64,000 bases of DNA from Nageia nagi (lineage: Eukaryota; Plantae; Pinophyta), in NCBI GenBank assembly GCA_050084985.1, contig JBITNC010000001.1, forward strand, positions 194,060,001 through 194,124,000. Direction: 5' to 3'. Each line of letters starts with the position of its first letter. Position 1 is the first letter of the stretch. A model generated the notes under the pieces. It saw only the letters and a list, made by a program, of their open reading frames with translations. It had not been told where the DNA came from and searched no databases. A program made the position numbers and the translations under genes. Shown here piece after piece: positions 36,301-51,300 of the stretch.

Positions 36301-39300
36301 TTTACCCAATTACTTTGATAATAAAGATATTACGGACTGAAATAGTGACTCTCTTCAAATTCTCAATAACAAGCATATTGTAATCTTTGTTACCAACTCA
36401 TCACTACCAAGTTTAGTTAACTTAAGAGAAGTTTGAGTCTAGAAAACTGTAAAAAATCACCCAATTAAGTTCATTGAAATTTGGCGCAAATTCATTTCAA
36501 GTTAGAAAATTAGACCATTCATTTATATCCATTAAAATTTGGAATTGTAGCACCAAAAAGAACACGTGACACTCGGTATTGCTGTTCAATGAAGTAGAAA
36601 ACGGGAAAACAATATTCCATGCAAGAGATAGAGAAAAGAAATCAGAGAACATTGAAATCTATTGAAGTTATCAAGCACTTTACTCGCTTTTTATTTCTTG
36701 AAATTCATGCCCTGCTTGAGTTTTTTATATAAGACCTAACACTTTCTAAAATTCAAGCTTGATGTACTCAAAAACAAACATGAATCTAATAATTTACGTT
36801 GTAATTAGCTAGTAACATAAACAATAGCAGGGGCCTAGTGAGCCTAGCTACTACTAGGAAACACTTCTGTAAAATGTGTAGCTGGAATTAAAGTTTCTAC
36901 TTTCAATTTCTGATCCTCTGAATGACATATGATGTTTATAGTTTACAGAAGGTCATAAGGATATTAGACGTAGTTAGCTTTTTCATAGCATTGTAAAATT
37001 GTGGTCCTTAAAATATGTTTATGTTATTAATTTTGGTTCTTTTGGAATATCATGTTCTTTATATGTTAGAGACAGGATCATCCAGGCACAAGAAGATCTG
37101 GGGACAACACATACGGCAAAATTAACCGAGAGAGAGTGAACATGTACAGCTTGATAATATGATTCTTCATAAGTGGTTACACATATAAGCATGTGTTGTT
37201 GGATACCATATATGGCATATGCACATAAGCCATCACCCAACTTGTGGGTAGGCAGATATTTACTCATGACAATATAATTACACTTGGAAATCACATGTTG
37301 AAAATAAAAATGTGCTGCAAGGTGTAAACACCAATTGTTTTTAATAGATACTTGGTTCGTAGCCTTGTAAAAGTCATGAAATCCGTGGAGGTTTATGGGG
37401 TGTTGTCCTTGGAATCCCACTACAGTATTTGAAAGGTCAAAGGATAAGGTCGCATAAAGCCCATGCAAGCTGCACTGCGGCTGAGAATACTGATACACCT
37501 GGATCACAGGAAGGGGAGAGAGGGTTAGTTTGCTGCAAGCTTTCATGGAACTCCTCCCTTTCCTTGACCCAATTCATGGCAACTTGACAAAATAGGATTT
37601 ATCTTACAAGGTTAATATTAAAAAGGCAATTGTTTAACTGAGGTTGGGTGGTGTTTAATTTAGACGAAGTTCAAACAACTAGAACTTAATGTGTAAATGG
37701 AAAACTTTGTCCCAGAAAGAATCATCTCATATGCCTTAATCAATTAATTATTTAGACTTCATGAATTACAACACCAGGGATACACAGATGAATAAATAGC
37801 ATTAGAAAGATCTAAGCATAGCGTATCTGTAGGCCAACATTATGAATGCAACCCGAATATTATACATTATACTAATGTTCATTGTTTATACAAGAATGGG
37901 AGTGAAGGTTAGGCTTGTCATTTTAGTCTCTAAAATCAAACATAAATAAATCATAATTATTTATTCAAGTACCATATTCAAGCAGCAAGTAAAATACCAA
38001 AATATGAAGGTTCTTCAGAGATGTGAAGAAAAAACTTACAATTAGACCAAGGGGCCTTGTCTGATCAGTAGTCTTGAGAGGGTCATCTTGATCTGCAGGA
38101 TAAGAAAAAATCAATTTATAAACTTATATCAACTAAAAATACATTGAACCACAAAAAAATATGTCATGTTTATTGCATTATGTCATTACCAGTACAACAT
38201 GGACCACCTTAGCAGCAAACAGACTGATTCCAACATATGACATTAGAACTATATCCAACATATGTTATTTTTTTGTACTACTACAGTACTACTTAATGAC
38301 AGTTATCATTTTGTATTCTGACTCAGACCAAAAATCAAATGGTATATTTTGATTGTAGAATGCTGGTAAAATGAATATTTATCTAGTCCGTAGCTAGATC
38401 GTGACATATCTAGTCAAAAGTTGATCATTTGACTAAATCTTTTAACAACACTATGATGTGTGCTTGTATGGACAGCAAGGGGACATTACAAGAATGTGCA
38501 AAAATGAAAACTACAAAACCAAAAACATGATGAATGTTGTCCACCATGCTAAGAAAATGAAAATTTAACCACAGGAGGGAAAGAAATTACATCTTATATG
38601 CAAAGCCAGTTACGTGATTGTGATTCGCACCAGTTAAGGTAAGAAAATTTCAAATGCTAAAGTAGTTATTCTCTGCCTCATGGAACAATGTGTATAGTCT
38701 CATGAAAAATTCTTTAGTTCTTAATAAACTATAATGTACAAATCAAAGCCAAACTTGAACCATAAGTGCAGCCAGAGTGGTTTCTGTCAACAATGGCAGT
38801 CTCAACAAAAAAGCTTAAACAAGCATATTTATTTATGTTTGAATAAAGTACTAAGAAACACCTCTTAGAAATTCAATTGCTTCATCCAGCACAAGATTTA
38901 GTAGCTGATCATAGCCTTTCAATGTCCCTGTAACTGAATTGATAAAAAAAACAATCTGTTAGTAAAATAGCCATTGAATTTATAACAATTTAGTTCAAGT
39001 GATTATTTAATGCACAAGATAACTCTGTTTGTTGTTCCACATTTGCATCCATGAAAAATTTCGGAGTCACCTGTTAAAACATTTCATTGAACAAAAACAC
39101 AGATCTTTACTGGCACAAGTCTAGTCAAAGGATGCCAAACACAACGATGCATCACTGAACTATTTAATGATGGGTGAAGGTAAAAATGTACACTTATAGG
39201 TATACCGGCTTGGCTGCAACATAACAATAACCTTTATCATTTCATTTGGATGCACATCACTTCTGAATATTAAAAACTATGAATATGACCCAACATTGAT

Positions 39301-42300
39301 GCCCATAAAAATTTCAATATTAAAACAAAAAGTATTGATCCTTTAAATAGAATAACAACATAAAAAATATCACTTCTGAATATTAAATAATAAGGATGTG
39401 ACCCAATTTCATACATCATTTCGCTGCAAAATTCATCCTGTAGTTTTTGGAAATGGTTACGTTGAATAGAACTAGAGGCAACACAATCAATCTGCAAGTA
39501 CATCCGTCTCCTACTCTTAAAAAATATCCTTTTCATGGACAAATAGATACAAGATCACTTGGCAAATATATAGATACAAGATCACTTGGCAAATATATCA
39601 CCCGCCACACAAATAATACAAAGCCAATGTAGATCCTACCGGAGATAATCCTTTTCCTTTACATGTGCCAATGATAATTGCTACAAACTCAGATCTCAAC
39701 TATTAATATTAAAAAGAATTATAGCATGAAAATTGTGCCAAAAGAAACATACATTTTAAAAAAATACAAATGCATATATGAAGTGCAAAATATAAAATAA
39801 TTTCACTAGTAATGACCATAGACGGAAAAATCGCAATAAATCGTGATCCTCTGCCAGTCTGAAAATCGCCTATGGACTCACGAATGAGTCTCCACAAGTT
39901 CTACCTAAGAAACTCGTGGCTAAAATCACAAGTTATAAGAAACTCATGGATGCAAAAAACAAAATGTTAAAAAAAAAAGTCAGAAATTCACACCGTCGGG
40001 GCTAAGTAGAAAAAAAAAAATTGTTTTTGGTCATTTTGTTCCATTTCTCTATGAAAGTTTGCATTTTGAGAATTTCAAGTTTCTCCATCAATGTCTTTTC
40101 ACCACAGATTTCAAGCTTTCCACCAAGGATTTTAAATGATTTAGCGATTCAACCAAGAGTTTTCGGTTTTCATTGCAAGTTTTACAATGTAGGGTTCTTG
40201 ATTTTTTTCTAAAGAAAATTATTTTCTTTGTTTATAGTGTGCCCGTATTTGAAATGGCTTTTTTTTGTGTTCGTATCTTGTAGATTTACTAAAACAATTG
40301 GTTAGGGTTTTATATATTTTTTATCAATTTTTTTTTTATTTTCACTTTCTTGTTTTAAGTTGATTAACATTTTCCATTATTGGTTTATAGTTATACTGTA
40401 CTTTGTATATAAAGTAAAAAATAGGTTTTTTTTATTTTTCTAAGCAAAATTATTATTTTTCCCTGTTGTTTTTGGTTTGCAGGTATCTCAAATGGTTTTT
40501 TTGTTTGTAGATGACTTCCAAAGATGACGGTCGTTCATCTCCATTACTAGGGAAGGATCTTATTGGAAGTATGGGAAGAATGGTATTCTTCCAAACTAGG
40601 TTATTTGTAGCTACTAGAAGAAAAGTTATAGGGGTGGTATTCATAGTTTCAAATACCATTGTGCGAGGATAACTAGCCAAGATGTTGGGCTTTGCAATGT
40701 TGTGGACCATGGTCAGTCATGAGATACAAGCACTATTTTGTTGATTGTTCCAAGGTAGAGAGAAGAAGATAGAGAAAAAAAGTACCAAGGTTGCAATTAA
40801 AGCTAGGCTTGGGAACTTTGGGTTCGATGATCCCACGCCTCATGACTTAGTATCAACATCAGAGTCTATTCTTGGCCGACATGTTTGATCTATGATGATG
40901 ATACTACAAAGAGGTACAATGTAGCAAAGGGTTCTTTGTTCCTCATGGAAAGGCACAACCTTCTTTTAACACTACAACGACTGCAAATTGTTGGTCCTAG
41001 TACAACATTCCCTTTAACGTTGTAAATAGTCCTAATTGGGATGCCATGGTGATGGTATTCACCACAATTAGAATAGGGATGAAACCCCCTACCGCAATGG
41101 ATTTGAGTGGTCCTTTGCTTGAGGATGCAATTGCCGCCAACATACACACTATATTAGCTGAGCAAAGGAAGGTTTGGCACAAACATGGATGCAATATTTT
41201 ATTAGATGGGTTGACAGATGCAAGGAATCACACACTTATCAACTTCATGGTGGCTTCAAGTGGATCAATGATCTTCTCGAAGATGGTCTTCTTGAAGTTG
41301 GTTGATGCATCCAATATAGTCAAAAATACACAATTGCTTTTCAGATTGTTGGAGGAGGTGGTGGCAGAAGTGGGTGTGGAGAATTTGTCCAACTAGCGAC
41401 AAACAATGCTACAACATATATAGCTACAAAGAGACTTCTTCAAGAGAAGTACCCCACTTTATTTTGGAGCATGTGTGCAACTCATTGCATGGACCTCGCG
41501 CTTGAGGGCATTCATAAGCTCTCATGGATTAAAAGTACAATTGAAGAAACAAAAAATATTACAAACTTTTTCTATAACCACACATGGGTGCCTAATTTGA
41601 TGACAAAGCACATTGTTGGTAAGAAGATTATTCGCCCAAGAATCACTCAAGTTGCATCCAATTTTATTGCATTACAAAGCCTTTCAGATGCAAAAGTTCC
41701 TCTTAAGAGGATGTTTGTTAGAGAGCTGTGAATGAGATCTACTTTTCACCACAAGGAGGATGACGAGAGGGTCATCAAGATAGTTTTTTTATGACTAAAT
41801 GTGTCCAATTACATTTTTTTAATTTTCTATTTTCGTATTCTTAAATTTAAATTTGTAAAACTAAATTATTCCTGGATGTGACATTGGCTCATAGGGGTGA
41901 TATCTTGCTTGAGTAGCGCATCGTTGGGCTTTTTGGCATTTAGTGTGACTTGTTTGATGCCCTAGATCAATTCATGGCATGCCTAAGAGCATCATTTGAT
42001 GTTTATTTTATATTTGCTTGCCTAATTACCACATTGAGAATACTTGAATTTTACAGGTTGTATAGTTTTGACAAAATGTTGATCTTCCTTCCATAATTAG
42101 TGTTGTCATAGCATATCTTCAAAACCATTTTGAAGCCTCTGAATATTGTTGGTGAAAAGTTGGCACTCTCGACAAGGAAAAAAGAGTCTACAGGAAAACG
42201 AAGGTACAGGAATATGTACAAGTGAATGGAAGAGGAGTTTCATCCCATGAAAATTATCAAGAGAAATATATGCAATATTATACCTTTAACAAGTCATTTG

Positions 42301-45300
42301 TGAGCACCATAGAGGTATAAGTATTGCATATGTCCTTTCAAATCATTTCCCTTAGTAGAACTTGGGAGAAACAGAATAAGAAGCTACAAGATATAACACT
42401 GGTATTGCTTGCGCTCTTTAGGAAACATGGTAGACAAAATAAGTGGACGGAATGAAGAAAAAGGAAAGAATGGATTTAGATATGAACATTTGTGGAAAGA
42501 AATCCGTATATTCATATAGGCCAGCAGAACTATTAAGGACTAAGATATTAATAAGCTCTTATGGTATATTACGATGTGTTGCGTCTTGCAGATTGGTTCT
42601 GACTCCTGAGCAAAGATCTCAAATCCAGTTAATTCTTCCCTTTCAACATTAGTCTTTTCAACAAGAATGTATGGGTGATAAGGTCCAGAAAAACTATTTT
42701 CAAAATAAAAGTACAATGTCTGCAACAAGTTCTTAGTTATCAAGTACTCGGGTGGACCCACTTTCCATATTTTTAGTACCATGTGTACCAGATTGTTCTT
42801 AAACTCATTGAGTTGTCTTACTGAAAGTTTTAAGTTCCTCTTTATGTAAGCAAAGAAGGAAAAAGGATAATGCAGCAGATATGAAAGGAGTATCATAAGG
42901 AAATTTTGCATAATGTCTTCAACTGTCTCATTTGTATCTCCTGCAAACTGATCTCTAGTCATAATGTTGAATCAAAATTTATTCAATGTTTGCTACAGGG
43001 TCTTGTCACTTAGAACTTTGAGTTGGGCTCTTATTATTTTTGCCTAAGATTGTACTTTGTCCTTAAGCTCCTTGTTCTTTTGTTATGTAGAAAATTTAAA
43101 AACAAACTATATACATAATACAACACACAAAGGAGAAACCAATCACGCGAATAAAGATTCAAGTGAATTCCATTCACTGGAATAGTAAGCTCTCGGGTAC
43201 CCACCAAGTCTTTCAGTCTGTGTGCATTATGCTCTAAGGTTTCAAATATGATGTACAGGCCGCTCCAACAAGAATCAGACTTCTAATGTTTTCCTGGCTT
43301 TGCACGGTCCACATCCCACTTCAAGATAACGTCTATTTCTCAGAAAGCAATAGAAGATAATGTCTTGTTCTCACTGCAATAACTGATTCATACATACCTG
43401 GAACGAGTCCTACTCCAGTTGATCAAATTCCTACTGCAATAACTGATTCATACATACCCGGAATAAGTCCTACTCCAGTTGATCAAATTCCTACTACAAT
43501 AACTGATTCATACATACCCGGAATGAGTCCCACTCCAGTTGATCAAATTCCTGCAACATTTTCATCACCAGAATTTCCAGATGAATTGGCAGCATTGGGC
43601 TTTTACCGTATACTAAGGCATAGGTAGATGTTTTGATAGCAGCTTTGATGTCGATTTGTCTGCCCATAAAGCCAAGTCTAACTTATTGTGCCACTGTCTT
43701 TGATTGCCCTCAATCATCCAGCTTATTATCCTTTTGAGAATCTTGTTTGGTGGATTCAGCTATTCCGTTGCCCTATGGATAATAATTTGATAAGGCTCTC
43801 CAATAAATACCATATTCTGCAATAAACTCAGAGATCTTTTCTCCTAGAAATGTTGGGCCATTTTCCGAAATTATTAGGAATCTCAAAATGAGTAAATAGC
43901 ATTTGCAAAAGCGTAATTATTGTTTCTTGATCAGCATTTCGTGTTGGGATTGCTTCAACCCATCTGGTGAAATAGTTTGTAACAATCAATATGAATTTGT
44001 GACCAGCTTATGAATTTGGGTTTATAACCCAATTGAAATCAAAGCCTCATTGTTGAAAAGGTTCTTCAACAATAACCAGTTTTAACGGCATAGGAGCATT
44101 TCTTATTTTGCCAACAAATTTGTTATATTTTATACATTGTCTACACCTCTCAAAAACTTGTCAAAGATGACAGAAGTGGTATTCTCTGCTTTTAGAAAAC
44201 ACAATCATATCTTCTAAATAAACCAATAAGCTCTTATTCAACAAACCTGCAAAGGCATGGTCCATGGCTCTTTAAAAGGTAGCTTTGGCATTTGATAAAC
44301 CAAATGGCATCCTTTGAAAAAAGAATGTTCCACATTTAATGGTGAAGGTTGTTTTGAATTGATCTTCATCTTTTACCTGAATCTGAATAAATCCAAAAAA
44401 TCCATCAATCATAGAATAATAGTTAGCCCCTGAAACAATATACAAAACTTGCTTCATTGGAGGCAAAGGATAATTATCCTTTAAAGATACCCTGTGAAGA
44501 TTCTTGAAATAAACACAATCTAATATCACCATTCTTTTTTCTAATAGGAAGCAGATTTGCCACCCAAGTGGACTGTTTGATTGGATATATGATTTTCCCA
44601 TATAAAATAGCTTTAACAACTCTTGCTTCATAGCTTCTTCAATTATGGGATTTACTAATCGTTGCTTTTGTCAAAATGGTTTTGCATCAAAGAATAACTT
44701 AATGGTATGTTACATTATGTCTTTATCATATACCTTAAGTTGATCATAGCTCCATGCAATGATATCTGAATATTCATGACACATCTCAATCAATCTTTTC
44801 TCCTCTTGCAAAGAGCATTCATTTCTAATCTTTATCATTTTGTTAGGAGCAAAATAAGCTTCCTTGTAGGATTCTTCAGTGTTCCACGAGGACGCATTCC
44901 TCCTCCTAGAGGAGGTGTTCCCATATTTTGAGAACCTAGGAACAATTGGGGAAACATTTCCCAGTTGTTCCTTTCATAAGGAATGGTTGGATAGATGTTC
45001 CCAAAATATCTCCCAGGGTCAGGGAATCCTCGATTTGGGACCATCCCTAGAACAAGATAGGGAACATTCGGCATTCCTTGACCATTCACGGCAACGTTCA
45101 GCATTCCCCCTTGAATATGGGCAAATTTAGACAAAAAAACAACAACATTTGACTTAAAAAAAAACTTCAAGTGCATGGGATGGTAGCCACCAATGTTCCC
45201 ACCCTGTCTAACTCTAAAAGCATCTTATAAACTCCATCCAAAACTGATTTTGTAAATCACTTTTCATTATGTGCAGCTAAAAAAGAAAAAAAATAACAGT

Positions 45301-48300
45301 TAGAAGAAAAAGACAGCAGTGAGGAGAAATAGAGCAAGGAGGAGGAAAAACACACCAATATAGAGGACAGTAGCCAAGAAGAAGAAGAAAATTACAAGCA
45401 CAATCGAAGGTTTTTCTATTTATCTACTTGTTTAGTTCACTTGTTTTTAAAAAAAAAACAAAACGAGTGAGGTTGAGCAAGAAAATCAAAACTGAGCCAG
45501 AAATAGAAATGGCGGTTAAAAATGAGCAAGGAAAAACCTCAGTTTTTTATTGTCCAATCACAATGTTAAAAAGTGTTGCTAAAGGGCCATTTAATTCTAA
45601 AAAAACTTTGTTGCAATATATCACAAACATGGATGCTGGAAAAAAAATTGATGAGGGAGCAAGAACTTATAAATGTCACACTTGTAACACTACATTTAAA
45701 GGGAGTTATACCAGGATTGAATCACATTTGACTGACAAACAAGGGACAAGGGTGAGGGTTTGTAAAGAAATGAATAAATTTATGTTTGCAAGAGCCAGTA
45801 GTATTGTGCAAGTGGCTTACCTTAGGAAATGTGGGCTGCCCATTCTTAGATCTAGCCAAGCTTCCCATGTATCCTCATCATCATCATTTAGAGAAAAAGA
45901 AACTCACCCCTCTTCTAGTTTGCCAAGTCTTGCATTCCCCTCCAAAAAAAACTAAACATAGTTGAGGCTTTAAACTTGAAGCAAAAACAGAGAGTTGATG
46001 ATGCAGTGGGAAAATTATTTTTATGCACATGCCTTGCCTATTCATCTTGCACACTCACCTTACTTTACGGCAGCATTTGAGAAAGTAAGATTACTTGGAC
46101 CTTCATATGTACTACCTAGTGAGACTAGACTATGTAGTTCTCTTTTGGAGAAGCAATATATCAGGTGCAATTTGATGATGCAAGAGTTGAAAGCTACATG
46201 GGTGCATAGTGGATGTTCCATTATTATGGATGGGTGGACTGACATTTGTCAATATCCACTCATCATTATAATGGTGTCATGTTCAAAGGGTCCTTATTTT
46301 CTTTGAGTTGTTGATTGGTCAAGGAAAATGAAGAATGCAGAGTTCCAATTCCTCCTACTAAAGGAGGCTATTGATGTCCAAGTAATCACTTTACATTTAG
46401 TTTTCAATTTTCAATTTTATTTTTTGTTGTGCAAATGTTAAATTTTGATGTTTTAATTTTTTTTTGTACAAGTAATTACAGATGCAGCCCCTATTTGCAA
46501 GCGTACAGGAAAATTGGTAGAGGGCACTTACAAGCACATTTATTGAACCCCATGTTGCATTCATGCATTGAATAATGCATTGAAGGACATTGGGAAAATA
46601 GATTTGTTTAGGAACATGGTTGCATAAGCGAGACTTGCAAATGTTTATTCACAACCATCATAACCTCATTGGTCCTCTTTCTCTCTCAAAGGAGTTTCGT
46701 AAATTTGCAAATACGAGATATGCCACTTATTTCATCCTATTGCAGAGGATGATTGAGGTGTAAGAGGCACTACAGTCCATGGTAGTTTATGTAGAAGGGA
46801 AGAGGTGGCCAAGATCTCAAACAAAGGAGGGAAAAAGAATTAGCGAGAAAAGTCTTAGATAAGAATTGGTGGGCTGAAGCTAGGTAACAAAGTTTGAAAG
46901 TTTCATTTTTGTATTTTAAATTTCAAGTTGGATTAGTGATTGTTGAATTAGTTTTAAGTTTTTTAACTCTTTTGTTTCTTGAATGTAGGTAAATTGTATC
47001 TTTTATTTCCCCAATTTTTGAAGTAATAAAGTATGCCAATATGGATTCTCCTAATTTAAAAGAGATATATGAGACTTTCAATAGCATACTTGGGCAAATG
47101 AAAAAGATAATTAATGCTAAACCTTCTTTTTGTGAAGGCCATATTAGACACATCATAGAGAAGAGGTAACAAATGTTGATTGTTGACTTCAGTTTCAATT
47201 TAGTTTGCTTATTGGCATATTGTTCATCTAGTTATTTTTATATTAATTTTGCGTTTATTAATTTTTTTTTTATTTTTGGCAGTGGAATAAGATGAATACA
47301 GCTCTCCATATGGTTGTCCATGTGTTAAACACAAAATGGTATGCATCAAAGATTGGGAAAATAGCACTTAATGATGATATGGAGTTGAATTGGGTTCATG
47401 AATTTCTTTGCCAAGATGTTTTTGAGAGAGGATGGTTGTCTAGTTAGAGAGGAGTTTGTAAAATTTGTGAGACTTAAGGGTCTTCGTTTCAGAAAGCAAG
47501 AGTGCAAGGAGGATAGGACTACCCTTGCCTAAATTGATCCCATTGGATGGTGGGAGCTATATGGAGATGACGCTCCACACTTGAAGAATCTTGCAATTAG
47601 GCTCCTTTCCCAAGTTAGTAGACGCATGCCATTAAGTATTCACTATTTGTCAATTTGAAATTTGAATGATTGTTTGAAATCTTAAATTTCTATTTCTCGA
47701 ATAAGCTAATTTGAATGATTATTTGTAGGTTCGTCATTCATCTATTGCGAAGAGAAATTAATTTACCTATGGCTTCATCCACAATCTAAGGAGGAACTGA
47801 CTTCTCGTAGAGCAGAGAAGGTACTTGCAATGCATAGATCTCTTTGCCTTTGCGAAAGAGTTATGTTAGAGTACAGGGCTAGTCCAGCTGCACGTGGAGT
47901 TAGGCCAACTTGAGGCTAATAATGATAAGGAGGATATTGATACACCACCATTAGCACATGAGCCTATCGAACCATAGACTATAGTGGTTATTTTGGCATT
48001 TTCATTTTGATATACTTATTTCACTATTCGAAATAGCTCAACAGATAAGGAGGATATTGATACACCACCATTAGCACATAAGCCTATCAAGCCATAGACT
48101 ATAGTGGTTATTTTGGCATTTTCATTTTGTTATACTTATTTCACTATTCGAAATACTCATGTCAATGTCCACTTTGTGTATTTGATTCATACCTAATGAT
48201 ATTATCATTCAAACTGATTATGACATTTTGATTATGCTATCACATTTATTGTTTTACGATTATGTCTTGAAGCTGAATTTCAAATTTCAATTCCATGTTT

Positions 48301-51300
48301 TCAATTTGTATACATGATTGAATTTGACAATATGATCATTCATCATAATAATTTTTACTAGTATTATACTTGGAAACAAAAAAATCTGAAAATTCCAATA
48401 ATTTTTACTAGTATTACACTTGTCGTTCCCTGGCACATTCCTTGGTGTTCCTCAAAAATGACCACCTACATTCTCTTGTTCCCAAATACACATTTCCTCG
48501 TTCTTTGGCCTTGTGGAACACTAATGATCTAGCTTTATATTGATCATTGGAATCAAACAAGCTTTCAAACAAAACTAATCCTTTAGGAATATTGTTATTC
48601 TTTAATTGAATCACATCTTTCTTTGTGAAACATTTGGGCAGCTCATTAGGAGCAATCATATGACATGGTTTCATTAACAAGAAAATCTCTTATCTACTCA
48701 TCACTATCAAAAACTTGTCAGTAAGTCAATTGATCTAGGATCGAGAATTTGTATACCATTTTAACTCCATCAGAATCTCTAATCTTATGTGTTGGGTTAA
48801 AGTTGGCCCCTTTCGCAGAAAGTGCATCAATTGCCTAATCAAACTCTCTAGGGATTGATTTGAAACTTAGAGCCAGGAAAGATTCCAAAAAATCCCAAAC
48901 CCTATTCCTATAATTCTTTAGATAGTGATGTTTGGCATTAGATTTACTTTTGTGACTTGATTTATTATCAATTGAGAATCACCATATATTCTAAGACACT
49001 TTACTCCCAATCTTATGGCTTGATTCAAACCTAAGCAAAGTGTTTATATTCAACCGCATTAGAGGTGCAAATATAGGTAAGCCAATAAGGAATTTTTTTA
49101 GTGGATTAGATAGAGGTTTTAACACCACTCTTGCTCCAACACCCTTTCTACATCTAGCTCCATCATTAAGCAATAATTCCTCATACCCAAATATGAAATT
49201 ATGAAATTCAAATCATTTGCAGTCAATATTCAATGGCGATTAAGGCTTGTCTAACACTATCTTGTTCAACCACTTCCGCTACTTCTATATTGGCCAAATT
49301 ATGAGGTATTTTTTCAACATGTCTAGGTTTGGTATCCTCATTGTGAATTTTCATAATTTTACCATCAAAGTGAATTTCCAAATATGTATAGTCTAAAGCC
49401 ATATGTCCTAGTTTGGCTATATATTCTTTTGATAAGCTTAATTCAAACATTTGGAGGGAGATATACAACAACAACCATTTGAGGAACAAAAGTCTTTGGG
49501 TAGTTATTTAATGCCATTTGCAAATAATTGATGACTTATATAGAGTGGATTGAACTTCCATCTAGTTGTAACATCCCATCTATACTTGTAGTCTAACATA
49601 AACTCATAGCCTCAGCTATTGCTTTTGGCATAACAATAGTTGTTGCGCTTGAATCTATCAAACAATTGTGTAAGACATAACACTATTATGAGAGAAGCAT
49701 AGAAATGTGGGGGTTTTACATTTCCATTTATTTGAACTATATTAGAGTCACCTAAAGAAGACTTTCCTTTTATCATTTTTCAATTGGAGTGGTCCTTCAA
49801 GCAAATTTAACTTGCCCGACATAAATAATGCATCTAACATAGAAATTTTTGCAGGAATTTGTATCTTCAATAATATTGTAAAACGCAACATTTAAGGACT
49901 TACTTGTGCTTGGCAATTGATGCAACTTCTATTGATGAGCAACGGCTTCTCCACTTTGTCTAGAGGTTGACTGGTGAGTTGCATCTTGAGTTACTCTAGT
50001 TGGGTTATGTTGCGGTTGTTGAAACTGTTGCAACCTTTATTCCGACTTGTGCCCAGCTATATTTCTTTGCTCGAACTGTACAAACGATTGTGTGTCTTTG
50101 TCTATGCTACCGGATGGATTTGCTTGGGCTCTTATTTGAAAACAATTCATATGATCCATAACTTTCCCAAGAACAAACAGGTTCATAAGCGTACTATCAA
50201 CCATTTGATCAATATAAATGCCTAAAACTTCTTGTTGATAATTCTAGCAAGCGTCGAGAAAATGTGGATCATTGCAAGAGCTACATCAGTTAGAAGCAAC
50301 GAGTGGTTTAGGGTCTTGCTATCCGACTGAATTTGAAGCTGGACCATGCTCAACGCTATTATTTTGGGGATTGGCAAATCTCCTTTGCCTTTCTTTTGAG
50401 TGATCTTGTTGCTCAAGTTTCCGATTGTAGCTTCCATTTGCTGAATTTCAATTGCTTTATTATTATAAATGGGATTTGAAGGAGCGGGAAGCATAAAGTG
50501 GGCAGATGGGGCAAGGAGTTGCTAATTTAATGGAGGTGGAGTAATTAAAGGTGCAAGTGCTCGAGGGCTTTGATTATTAGCTATTGGTCCAAGGCCTAAT
50601 TCCAGGAAGGCATTACAACACTAGGAGCTAGCTTGCCAACAAATATGAGGCTTTCTTCAACTTGTTTTGCTATATTTTACACATGAGGGAATGTAGCACC
50701 AAAATTCATTATCAACAATCCTATATATGAACCATATGCTTTCTTGCAATACATTAGAGCTTGAGCAGCAATAGGTCTTAACTCTTATGGAATTTGAGTA
50801 TTGGTCTTTAAGAAACTCATGTTCAAATCAGCAACACTCTCCCGAGGATGTCTCTTAATCAAGACATTGTGCAATGAAAGTCATCTCCTTCTTATGCAAT
50901 TGCTTTACAAAGGCATCACCAAGTTTTGCCCATGTTATTGTGTTTAATGTATAGTGAAGGTATGTGTAGATTCTAGGGTTAACGGTTGCACAGAATTTCG
51001 TTATTACATTCAATGTAGAGTGATTATTTTTTCATGGCTATAAAGAATTTCGTAACATTATTGTGTTGAATGTGTAGCTAGCGATCTTGGGATAAATCCT
51101 CAAGAATTCACACTGATTTCAAGAAAATCCATGTCCGTCTTGGATCCTGTTGCCGAGAAATTGACAATCGTTAATGTGACTAACACTTTGGTCACCACAA
51201 TAAACATCACAACAGAGTCCATATTATTGAATCCGAGCAAAACTTATCTCTGATTAAGAGGTATTTCTCAGCGCCTGTATTTCTTGGGTTGAGGCTTTAA

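Larger units (their letters stand above)
42150..50950 (-). mobile_element. Degenerate Ty3/gypsy Tat-lineage element (TatII-type; gag-PROT-aRH-RT-[deleted]-INT); boundaries unresolved
   Basis: gag relic near 50900 (NTITWAKLGDAF), protease near 49660 (CLIDSSATT), additional RNase H at 48800-49170 (DGARCRKGVG, IYGDSQLII), RT at 44160-44830 (KDNYPLP, RMPFGLSNA), integrase at 43600-44150 (TNYFTRWVEAIP) and its C-terminal region near 43200. Confidence 0.85.

Noticed and set aside
37019-37546. 175-aa minus-strand ORF in an LSM7 intron
   Set aside because: No recognisable motif in the frames I read; treated as a chance ORF.
38478-38490. Gypsy LTR terminus GGGGACATTACA in the short LSM7 intron
   Set aside because: Only about 12 bp match element D's LTR end; no further homology or TSD was seen.
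44869-48531. 8-bp TSD for the hAT element
   Set aside because: The flanks GGATTCTT and ATGATCTA do not match.
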